From a virus, in IMG/VR virus record IMGVR_UViG_3300000101_000008, positions 37,269 through 101,268 of that record: 64,000 bases of DNA; one strand, 5' to 3'. This document shows, piece after piece, positions 10,140 through 18,807 of the stretch (the stretch's first letter is position 1; each line of letters starts with the position of its first letter). The translations under genes and the position numbers were made by a program. Below the pieces are notes generated by a model. That model saw only the letters and a list, made by a program, of their open reading frames with translations. It made no database searches and was not told the DNA's origin.

Positions 10140-11293
10140 TGGCATTTTTTGCAGGGGCAACAGAATTAGAATTTGTACCTCAAGGTACTGATAGTTCACG
10201 TGGTGCAAAACTTATTTCAGATGGTTCAAATGGATCGTTTTGGGGATATATGGGCTACACAGGAACTGGTTCTGTACAAGGTGGTGGAGCATGGAGATAT
10301 AGATCCATATACACACATGGTTATTTGGCCGCAGGATACAAAGGTTCTAACCCATGGCGTTCAGTAAACAAAACATGGCATGCAACAGATAGTACTTTAT
10401 ATTGCGGAGAACAAATTTCAGGACCTCAATCATACTGTGACGGTTTTTATTCAGACTATAATGGTTATATTCAAGCAGGTCCTACAGGCAGAGCATTTAA
10501 CGCTGGTGGCGATTGGATGGCAAGTTACGGATTAGCAAATGGTACTATACGTATGTTTACAGCAGATGGTTTTTCATCAGCTGGTCTAAGTTATGGTTAT
10601 GAAGGTAACGATCCAAAGAATGAAGGCTTAACATACGGTAGTGGTGGTTTTACAAATCACGTAGGTGGTATGAGATTAAGTACATCAATAGTTGATGCTT
10701 GCGGAACACAAGACATTAAAGGTCAAGGTGGTTGGATGAATGGTGGCGGTACTAGTACAACACACCGTATGCATTTTCCAACAGAGGTTATGTATACTGG
10801 TTGGGATAGTGGTAACTCAGGAAGAGGTACAGCGGCCGCAGGCGAAAATCGCGGTTATTTCCAATGGAGTGGTACTAACTACAAATATGTAACTTGGAGT
10901 AACAGCACTTGGACAACTAACTGGCCACAAGGCGGCGGTTGGGGTAAAGATAACCACTGTAAAATACAATCAACAAAATGGGGTCATCATTACATTGGTA
11001 CAGGAAATAATGTTACATCAGGTAAAGCACGTTTTAGCGATGCAACTGGTGCTACGTTAGCAAACTTTAGTAAAGTTAGATCCTATGGCGAAGACAATCC
11101 AATGGACGGACAAGATTGGGGTTACATCATGGGACATTATGATGGACAGCAAAACAATCATACTATTAAACAAACACACTCAAGTGATTCAGAAGTAACA
11201 CTTGGCGCTAACGCTATGCCTAAAGGACACTATGGACAGAGTTCCGGAGCGTGTTCAACAGCGTCGGCAACGGTTATTGGAGGAGGAATGTAA
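10139..11293 (+). CDS. Gly/Trp/His-rich beta-propeller-like virion protein, paralog 2 of 3
   Basis: True start is the ATG at 10139 (TAATG overlap with the previous stop; MAFF N-terminus shared by all three), not 10097. Confidence 0.65.
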   Translation: MAFFAGATELEFVPQGTDSSRGAKLISDGSNGSFWGYMGYTGTGSVQGGGAWRYRSIYTHGYLAAGYKGSNPWRSVNKTWHATDSTLYCGEQISGPQSYCDGFYSDYNGYIQAGPTGRAFNAGGDWMASYGLANGTIRMFTADGFSSAGLSYGYEGNDPKNEGLTYGSGGFTNHVGGMRLSTSIVDACGTQDIKGQGGWMNGGGTSTTHRMHFPTEVMYTGWDSGNSGRGTAAAGENRGYFQWSGTNYKYVTWSNSTWTTNWPQGGGWGKDNHCKIQSTKWGHHYIGTGNNVTSGKARFSDATGATLANFSKVRSYGEDNPMDGQDWGYIMGHYDGQQNNHTIKQTHSSDSEVTLGANAMPKGHYGQSSGACSTASATVIGGGM

Positions 11294-12438
11294 TGGCGTT
11301 TTTCTTAGGAGCAAATCAAGTAAATCCAGTACCAGCAACTACTACAGAAAATACAGGTGCTAAACTTATTTCAGACGGTTCAACAGGAGCTGGCTGGGGA
11401 TATATGGGCAGTGGCTTTACAGGGTTAGATAATGCTCAGTGGAGATATAGATCTATATTTACACATGGATACTTAGCAGGTGGTTATAAAGGTTCGACTC
11501 CGTGGCGTTCAGTAAACAAAACATGGCATAATACAGATACTACTGTATATTGTGGAGAACAACTTTCTAACTATTGTGCATATACAAATGGCTTTTGGAG
11601 CGATTATCATGCATATATTTGTTCAACTAACGGCTACAATAATGCACATGATCAAATTTGTTCATACAGTCTAGCAAATGGATCAATTAGAATGTTTACA
11701 TCGGATGGTTTTTCATCATCTGGTATTGGGTATGGATACGCAGGTGACGATCCTAAAAACCAAGGACTAAGTTATGGTACAGCAGGTTTTGGTAACCACG
11801 TAGGTGGTATGAAAATGAATGTAAACAGAGTTGATGCACTAGCATGTGAAGACATGAAAGGCCAAAGCGGATGGATATCAGGCGGTGGCGATACAAGTAC
11901 TAACCGTATGCACTTTCCAACAGAAGTTATGTATACTGGTTGGGATTCAGGCATGTCAGGACGTGGTGATGCAGTTAGTGGTGAAAATCGCGGTTACTTT
12001 AACGGTGGCGGTAACCAATACAAATATGTAACTTGGTCAACTACAACATGGGTAAACGGATGGGACCAAGGTGGTAACTACGGTAAGACAAGTTATCAAA
12101 CTAAGAACTTAGGTTCTAAATGGGGACATCATTACGCATTTACAGGTAACAATGTAACATCAGGTATTGCAAGATTTAGTGACGCAAACGGCGCCACATT
12201 AGCAAACTTCAGTAAGGTTAGATCTTATGGAGAAGAAAACTCCATGGAAGGTCAGGACTGGGGATACGTAATGGGTCATTATGATGGCCAACAAAACAAT
12301 CATACAGTAAAACAATCATATAGCAGTGATAGTCAGACTACGCTTGGAGCGGCGGCAATGCCTAAAGGGCATTACGGTCAAAGTTCAGGAGCATGTAGCA
12401 CTGGAGCTGCCACAGTTATAGCGGGAGCAGGATTCTAA
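11293..12438 (+). CDS. Gly/Trp/His-rich beta-propeller-like virion protein, paralog 3 of 3
   Basis: Start ATG at 11293 (TAATG overlap, AGGAGG RBS at 11281); MAFF N-terminus. Confidence 0.65.
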   Translation: MAFFLGANQVNPVPATTTENTGAKLISDGSTGAGWGYMGSGFTGLDNAQWRYRSIFTHGYLAGGYKGSTPWRSVNKTWHNTDTTVYCGEQLSNYCAYTNGFWSDYHAYICSTNGYNNAHDQICSYSLANGSIRMFTSDGFSSSGIGYGYAGDDPKNQGLSYGTAGFGNHVGGMKMNVNRVDALACEDMKGQSGWISGGGDTSTNRMHFPTEVMYTGWDSGMSGRGDAVSGENRGYFNGGGNQYKYVTWSTTTWVNGWDQGGNYGKTSYQTKNLGSKWGHHYAFTGNNVTSGIARFSDANGATLANFSKVRSYGEENSMEGQDWGYVMGHYDGQQNNHTVKQSYSSDSQTTLGAAAMPKGHYGQSSGACSTGAATVIAGAGF

Positions 12439-12439
12439 A

Positions 12440-13267
12440 ATGAAATATATAATTACAAAGACAGAAGCGATGAGACCATATTTTGGTATGTCTGAAAACG
12501 ATCCAAACATGTATTGCAAAGACTTATACACCTTATTTGATTTAAGTTGTGTAGAAATTGCAGAACCATTATTTGATACAATATATCCAACTATACCAGT
12601 AGGATATGAAGAAGTAACAGCAACTGAAGCCAAGTACGGGACTTTGTTTTTCTCAGAAGTAAGAGACACTGTTAAGATTTGGAATAACGAATATGGTTGG
12701 GCAGAAACTGCTGATATTCCAGAAGATCAAAAAGTTCCTTTTACACTTACTCCCGAGATTAAGGAAATGATACGTACATTTATGTATCGCTTTGCAAAAG
12801 AAATTATTGAAACAGAATACAACTATAGATTCCGCCACTTGCACAATACTACTGAACTAGAACAAGCAAGTTGGGAAATACAGAAACACGAAGCTCGTGA
12901 GTGGTTAACTTATGCTGATGATCCTGCACACATAACACCATTCCTTGATTATCTTGCTGTACAAAGATCAATGGATAAAACTACTCTTGCAAATAAAATT
13001 TTAGAAAAATCTGAATCATACAACGATAAATTATCTACTATGCTAGTTGAATACCAAACACTTATTAAGCAGTTTAAAAACTCAGGTAGTATTTGGAATA
13101 TAAACATATTATACGAAAAATACCTTGGTATTATGATGCCAGCGGCACAGGCTATGTCAATGGGACTTATGGATGTAGGCGGTGTGCGTATATTTGAAGA
13201 CCCAGATACTGGCGCAACAATGGTAGATCAGAACAATCCAAGATTTGGTAACAAGCTCAATTTCTAA
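12440..13267 (+). CDS. Hypothetical protein, possible tail-fibre assembly chaperone-like
   Basis: EQASWEIQKHEAREW...PFLDYLA...LANKILEK resembles the E-x-x-S-W-x-x-Q-x-x-E-A motif of phage fibre-associated chaperone-like proteins; follows the fibre paralogs directly. Confidence 0.45.
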   Translation: MKYIITKTEAMRPYFGMSENDPNMYCKDLYTLFDLSCVEIAEPLFDTIYPTIPVGYEEVTATEAKYGTLFFSEVRDTVKIWNNEYGWAETADIPEDQKVPFTLTPEIKEMIRTFMYRFAKEIIETEYNYRFRHLHNTTELEQASWEIQKHEAREWLTYADDPAHITPFLDYLAVQRSMDKTTLANKILEKSESYNDKLSTMLVEYQTLIKQFKNSGSIWNINILYEKYLGIMMPAAQAMSMGLMDVGGVRIFEDPDTGATMVDQNNPRFGNKLNF

Positions 13268-13288
13268 CTCTTAGAAGTAAGTTCTTAG

Positions 13289-13294
13289 TAAATA
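13289..13294 (+). promoter_or_regulatory. Putative late promoter (TAAATA) for the coiled-coil/U32/methyltransferase unit
   Basis: gTAAATAag in the intergenic gap, followed by an AGGAG RBS. Confidence 0.55.
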
Positions 13295-13333
13295 AGTATA
13301 GTCAAAAGACTAACTATTTCTTAGGAGAAAAAA

Positions 13334-14206
13334 ATGAGTGAACAAGCAAATAATGCTGAGAAGAATAATGCCAATGCGCATATGGCATTAGAAACAAGAG
13401 TAAATCCATACGATGGATTTGAAGAATTCTTTGAGTTATCAGCCCAAGACAGTAAAATACTGGACGGTGCGTTAAACTTAAACAGTGGACAGTCAGCATA
13501 TCAGTCAGAGCATTTTGTTGCTGACTCGCAACTTACCCCATATAGAAAACTAAAACAGTGTTTGTTAGAATTAGAAACAAGACACCACTCTTGGCATAAT
13601 ATCAACAACAGTTTAAAACGTAAACTAGTTGAAGTTAAGATTGCAAAAAGAGATTACGAAGCATGTCCAGATGATCTACAAAAAGAACTAATTGCAGTTG
13701 ATATTGAAGACATGGAGCATGACGTTAAAGTATGGAACCGTAAAATTAAACAAGCGGCAGAAGAAGTAAACACATACTTAAACTTGACAAAGAAAATTGC
13801 AGGCGACGACGACGAGTTGTTAGACAAAGCAATGGGATACGACCATGAAGAAGAAAGAAAATATTGGGTAACACGTATGGCTAAACAAGCGGCTATGGAC
13901 ATGGTATCCTACGGACGCATTGGCTCAGGTAACATGGATTCAATTGCTATGATGCCAGAGGAAGATCAAATCGAAGCATTAGCAACTACTATACAGTATA
14001 ATGAAAGATTACAGAATGGACTTGCACAAATTGCAGGTGCAGTTAATGAAGGCCTTTTAGAAAATAAAAATGCTATTCCAACCTATAATGTACCAAGTGT
14101 AACAGATAAGTTAATGGCAAAAGAAATTTTAAGCGGCAAAGGCAAAAACAAGGAATCAAATGTTCAGCATACCCCTGAATCCAAAACTGGACCGGAAACA
14201 GTTTGA
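13334..14206 (+). CDS. Coiled-coil hypothetical protein
   Basis: 290 aa, mostly helical/heptad-rich (LKQCLLELETR...KIKQAAEEVNTY); AGGAG RBS. Confidence 0.6.
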   Translation: MSEQANNAEKNNANAHMALETRVNPYDGFEEFFELSAQDSKILDGALNLNSGQSAYQSEHFVADSQLTPYRKLKQCLLELETRHHSWHNINNSLKRKLVEVKIAKRDYEACPDDLQKELIAVDIEDMEHDVKVWNRKIKQAAEEVNTYLNLTKKIAGDDDELLDKAMGYDHEEERKYWVTRMAKQAAMDMVSYGRIGSGNMDSIAMMPEEDQIEALATTIQYNERLQNGLAQIAGAVNEGLLENKNAIPTYNVPSVTDKLMAKEILSGKGKNKESNVQHTPESKTGPETV

Positions 14207-15218
14207 AGAATTCTATCAGTTTCTGATTGATCATAAAAGTTTAATATACGATGTATACATAACTACTCGTATACCTCCTTTTGATCAGGATGCGATGGGA
14301 GATATTTTTGTAAATGACCCGAATGACTTGATTGAAAACTCACTCATTATTCAAGACAAGTTAGGCATTCCAGTGTCTGCTACATTTAACAATACTCTTG
14401 TGCGTCCTGATCAAAAGAACTTAGATTTATGGATTGAAAACTTTAAAAGTTTATATCACCATAAAGGTATTAGGTCTGCTACTATCCCACATACACATTG
14501 GGTTATGACAGGGCAAATACAAAAAGAGTTCCCGCAATTAATGATCAAGAATACTATATTACGTGAAGTAAACACTGCCGCTGATGTTGCAAAACAAGCA
14601 GAAGCAGGTTTTAATTACATTAATATTGATAGAGATCTAGTACGTGATAGAGATACTTTAAGAAAAATAAAACAAGTTAAAGACAAGTATAATGTTAAGA
14701 TAGCAATACTAGGCAACGAAGGTTGTGTAGGTAGTTGTCCTGTAATGCCAGAGCATTTTGAATTTAATAATTCAAGAACGTCAACAGGTCCACAATATTT
14801 TAATGATGCTATTAGTCGTATAAGTTGTCCTAAGTGGGATATTACAGAACCAGTAACAGCATTAAAAACAGCAAACATTCCGCCTTGGAGGCAAGACTGG
14901 AAAGAGATGTTATACTATGTTGATGTTATTAAAATGCACGGCAGAGAAAGTGTAGCACAATTATTTTCTACAATGGATATTGTTAAGAAGTTTGCAAAAG
15001 AAGAAGAAATATTATTTTCTGATTTTGATGAATACATTTACGATAAAAATTTAGAAGGTAAGCCCATCCAAGCATGGAGAGAATTTATTAAGAATTGTAA
15101 GTTTGATTGTTGGGATTGCAATAAATGCGATAACTTATATGAAGCAAAAAATGGCAAGCCTCAAATAACAATTAAAAATATAATAGTGGAGTCGATATGT
15201 GGCGCATACACGGACTAA
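14160..15218 (+). CDS. Peptidase U32-family (UbiU/UbiV/RlhA/TrhP-like) Fe-S protein
   Basis: INIDRDL, NEGCVGSCP, SCPKW and KMHGRE motifs (U32 K-x-x-GR) plus C-terminal CKFDCWDCNKC; AAGGA RBS at 14150. Confidence 0.75.
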   Translation: MFSIPLNPKLDRKQFEEFYQFLIDHKSLIYDVYITTRIPPFDQDAMGDIFVNDPNDLIENSLIIQDKLGIPVSATFNNTLVRPDQKNLDLWIENFKSLYHHKGIRSATIPHTHWVMTGQIQKEFPQLMIKNTILREVNTAADVAKQAEAGFNYINIDRDLVRDRDTLRKIKQVKDKYNVKIAILGNEGCVGSCPVMPEHFEFNNSRTSTGPQYFNDAISRISCPKWDITEPVTALKTANIPPWRQDWKEMLYYVDVIKMHGRESVAQLFSTMDIVKKFAKEEEILFSDFDEYIYDKNLEGKPIQAWREFIKNCKFDCWDCNKCDNLYEAKNGKPQITIKNIIVESICGAYTD

Positions 15219-15787
15219 CAAGTCATAAAGTACAAATGCTACTAAATCAGTTATGTCGTTGCGGCCAATCTTATTTAGAAGTAGGATGCTATTTAGGCGC
15301 AACAGCGGCTGCCGCACTAGACGGTAATAAATTAAAAGCATACTTTGTAGATCATTGGGAAGAACAAGTACAACCCTTAAGAGATGATTTACCGCCTTTG
15401 CCAGAGAATAGTAAAGAAGACTTTGTTAAAAATATCAAATACTATAGAGGTGAAAACAAAATTAAAGTATTTGATTCAGACTTGTTTGATGTAGATCTTA
15501 ACCAAATTGATCCTATTGATATTTTCTTTTATGATGGTCCTCATGGCCCGGAAATGACGTTTAATGCTATAAAGTACTATGCAACAGTACTAGCTGATCA
15601 AGCTATAATAGTAGTAGATGATGCTAATTTTGAAGGTAGCGTTCAAGGAGCTAAATCTGCAATTAAAGAGCAGGGTTTTAACATATCATTTGAACGCCTT
15701 ATACTTGAAGAAGAGCCTGAAAATGCTGAGGGCTGGTGGAACGGAGTTTTGATATTAGGTGTCTCTCGTACTTCACTTTCTAAATAA
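15197..15787 (+). CDS. Class I SAM-dependent methyltransferase (Methyltransf_24-like)
   Basis: YLEVGCYLGAT motif I, VDHW, DIFFYDGPH, IIVVDD. Confidence 0.8.
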   Translation: MWRIHGLTSHKVQMLLNQLCRCGQSYLEVGCYLGATAAAALDGNKLKAYFVDHWEEQVQPLRDDLPPLPENSKEDFVKNIKYYRGENKIKVFDSDLFDVDLNQIDPIDIFFYDGPHGPEMTFNAIKYYATVLADQAIIVVDDANFEGSVQGAKSAIKEQGFNISFERLILEEEPENAEGWWNGVLILGVSRTSLSK

Positions 15788-15790
15788 ATA
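15781..15790 (+). promoter_or_regulatory. Putative late promoter (tandem TAAATAAATA)
   Basis: Overlaps the methyltransferase stop; AGGAG RBS and GTG start at 15814 follow. Confidence 0.55.
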
Positions 15791-15813
15791 CAATATAAGT
15801 TTAGGAGATTACA

Positions 15814-16953
15814 GTGGCAGGATCAAGTTCAGCACCAATTGTTGATAGATTAAGAATCATACCAAGAGCAGACGACTTTCTTGATAGAAACGTTGGCTCT
15901 AGTGGAGAAGTATTCTTTTCAAGAGACACAAACACATTAAGAGTTTACAGTGGTAAAGACGTATCAGGCTTTGAAATAGCAAGAGCTGATTTAAACAATG
16001 TAGACTTAACTTCATTTTTACAAACATCTACTTTAGCAACTACAAGTGTATCAGCACTAAGTGATGTAAATTACGTATCTACACCTACAGTAGGACAAAT
16101 ACTATCTTGGGACGATACTTATCAAGCATTTATACCAACAGATGCTGACTTGTCAGGTGGTAATTCATCTATTGATGTATCAGAAACTGCACCAACAACA
16201 CCAGCATCAGGTAACTTATGGTTAAACACTGCTACAGGTAAATTATACATTTACATTGATGATGGTACAAGTACACAGTGGATTGAACCAGCAACAACCG
16301 GGGGCGGTGGCAGTAGTAATGCTATTACACTTGCAGGACAATCAGCAAGTTATTATTTAGACTATAACAACGTTACTAACACACCAACTATTCCAACTAA
16401 TATTAATAGTTTAAGTGATGTAACAGCAACAGGCCCGTCAGATGGACAAATATTAAAATGGAGTACATCAAATAGTGCATGGGAATTAGCAAGTGATCTT
16501 GTAGGTGGCGCAGGCGGCGTACAACTTTCAGACTTTAGTATTACTGCAAATGCAGTAGGAACAGCCGCACTATCATATGATAATACAACAGGTGTGTTTA
16601 CATATACACCACCAGACTTAACTTCTTATCTAACAAGTTATTCAGAAACATCAGGCTTAAATGATGTTGTTTCTAGAGGATCAACTACAGCACAAGCAGT
16701 AACTATTAACAATACATTAACAGTAGGAAACGTAGTTACAAACGGTTCAGGTACACCAGAGATAGTAAGTACAAGTACTATTACACTAGACGCTCCAGAC
16801 GGAACTTTAGTGCAAAACGGCCCATTTAGATTGCCAAGTTTTACTACAGCACAAAAGAATGCTCAATCATCAGTTAACGGTGATATGGTATATGATAGTA
16901 CACTTAATAAAGCACAAGTGTATGAAAACGGTGCGTGGGCTAACTTAGCATAA
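15814..16953 (+). CDS. Fibre-like virion structural protein with LSDV...GQILxW repeats
   Basis: Thr/Ser/Gly-rich; GNLWLNTATGKLYIY and YDNTTGVFTYTPP modules; GTG start with RBS. Confidence 0.7.
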   Translation: MAGSSSAPIVDRLRIIPRADDFLDRNVGSSGEVFFSRDTNTLRVYSGKDVSGFEIARADLNNVDLTSFLQTSTLATTSVSALSDVNYVSTPTVGQILSWDDTYQAFIPTDADLSGGNSSIDVSETAPTTPASGNLWLNTATGKLYIYIDDGTSTQWIEPATTGGGGSSNAITLAGQSASYYLDYNNVTNTPTIPTNINSLSDVTATGPSDGQILKWSTSNSAWELASDLVGGAGGVQLSDFSITANAVGTAALSYDNTTGVFTYTPPDLTSYLTSYSETSGLNDVVSRGSTTAQAVTINNTLTVGNVVTNGSGTPEIVSTSTITLDAPDGTLVQNGPFRLPSFTTAQKNAQSSVNGDMVYDSTLNKAQVYENGAWANLA

Positions 16954-18782
16954 TGGAAAAAGAATACGCAGTCATAGTTAGACGTGATCAAAATATTAGC
17001 GATGTAGAAGCTGATATTATTGCTTCTACAGGAAGTGGTCCAATCCCTAACAGAAGCGTAGAAGTTGCTAACCCTAGAATTGGTTCAACTCGTATAACAC
17101 ATTTTATGCTTACTGATGAAGAAGCAAACGAATTATCAACAGATCCAAGAATACTAGCAGTAGAGATACCACCTGATCAAAGAGACGATATTGAAATAGG
17201 TCTTAATTCTAGACAAGCAGGTAATTACTGGAGAGGAACATTTAACAGTGCTAATGATCTTAATTGGGGACTTAGACGTTGTATAGATGCAACAAATCAA
17301 TATGGTACAAGTACAACAATATCCGGAGACTACCTTTATACATTAACAGGTGCCGGCGTTGATATTGTAATACAAGATAGCGGTATACAGCCAGGACACC
17401 CTGAATGGGAAGATGAAAACGGTGTTACTAGACTAGTACAACATGATTGGTATGGAGTAAGTGGAATAGCAGGAACACAAAATGCAAACCACTATAGAGA
17501 TAGAGATGGACACGGTACACACTGTGCAGGTATTGCCGCAGGTAAAACATATGGTTGGGCAAAACATGCAACTATATATTCACAAAAATTAGCAGGATTA
17601 GAGTTAATAGGTGCTACTGATGGTACTGGTATTCCTGTTGCAGATGCATTTGATAGTATTAGATTATGGCACAATAATAAAGTAAGCGGCAAACCAACTG
17701 TAGTAAACATGAGTTGGGGATATAGAAATACTTCAACTGTTGATCCTTCAAGCGGAACATACAGAGGAACTCCGTGGACATTTACAACACAAACTGATGC
17801 AGAGTTATTTACAGACTACGGTATAGTTACACCTAACGGAGATGGTAACAGAACATTCCCTGCACAAAATGCTTTTGCTAATGCAGAAGTTGAAGATATG
17901 ATCGATGCTGGAATTCATGTTGTTATTGCCGCAGGCAATGATAGTTACAAAGCAGATGTTTCAACAGGTACTGATTGGAATAACTTTGTTTCTGTAAGCG
18001 GAATATCAAGACTATATCATAGACCCAGTTCACCGTATTCTGACAGAGCATTTAATGTTGGTAATATTAGTTATGTTACTAATGGCGGTACTGATCAATC
18101 AGCAAATTCTAGTAAAAAAGGACCTGGTGTAAACATATGGGCACCTGGTACTGAAATAATGAGTGCATCAAGCAACGAAGCTGATTCTGGATATACAACT
18201 TATGATTATCCAGATAACAGTAGTTACAAAATTATGAAAATAAGCGGTACGTCAATGGCGGCACCTCAGATAGCAGGACTAGCGGCATTACACTTACAAG
18301 CAAATTCATTACAAACACCAGAACAATTACTTACATTAATGACTAGTGTTAGTAAAAGTGTAGTTTATGAAACAGCAAATAATGATTCAGATTATGATAA
18401 TACTAGAAGTATTTTAGGTTCACCTAATAGAATGATGTTTAGTAGATACGGCGTAGAACGTCCGTACAGAACAAATGGATCTATGACTTTTACCAATTCA
18501 CTAGCAGTGTTAAATGAAGACGGACCTCAATTAGAAACTAATGCTTGGCTAGATGACAATGGTACAAATGTAGCAGTATCTAGTATTGTATCAGGAATTG
18601 CTATTCAAGTTAACGCTGTACTTGCAAGCAACCCAGCAACACCATTTAATATACAAGGACGTCTAAGCGGCGCTACAACAACTGTATCTGCTGTAAGTGC
18701 TAACACAGGAACTGTATTAGAACTAGACGTTAACAACTCATTCGGATTTCAAGTAGGAGAAGGGCTGAACATTATTGCATAA
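16953..18782 (+). CDS. Subtilisin-like serine protease (S8)
   Basis: Catalytic motifs VIQDSGI (Asp), HGTHCAG (His), SGTSMAAP (Ser) and oxyanion AAGN; TAATG-coupled to the upstream fibre gene. Confidence 0.92.
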   Translation: MEKEYAVIVRRDQNISDVEADIIASTGSGPIPNRSVEVANPRIGSTRITHFMLTDEEANELSTDPRILAVEIPPDQRDDIEIGLNSRQAGNYWRGTFNSANDLNWGLRRCIDATNQYGTSTTISGDYLYTLTGAGVDIVIQDSGIQPGHPEWEDENGVTRLVQHDWYGVSGIAGTQNANHYRDRDGHGTHCAGIAAGKTYGWAKHATIYSQKLAGLELIGATDGTGIPVADAFDSIRLWHNNKVSGKPTVVNMSWGYRNTSTVDPSSGTYRGTPWTFTTQTDAELFTDYGIVTPNGDGNRTFPAQNAFANAEVEDMIDAGIHVVIAAGNDSYKADVSTGTDWNNFVSVSGISRLYHRPSSPYSDRAFNVGNISYVTNGGTDQSANSSKKGPGVNIWAPGTEIMSASSNEADSGYTTYDYPDNSSYKIMKISGTSMAAPQIAGLAALHLQANSLQTPEQLLTLMTSVSKSVVYETANNDSDYDNTRSILGSPNRMMFSRYGVERPYRTNGSMTFTNSLAVLNEDGPQLETNAWLDDNGTNVAVSSIVSGIAIQVNAVLASNPATPFNIQGRLSGATTTVSAVSANTGTVLELDVNNSFGFQVGEGLNIIA

Positions 18783-18807
18783 ATATTGTAACAGCAAGGA
18801 TTAATAT

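Noticed and set aside
8997-12438. Diversity-generating retroelement (TR/VR) explanation for the three paralogs
   Set aside because: All three are full-length coding genes, the differences are not adenine-specific and include indels, and there is no reverse transcriptase in the window.
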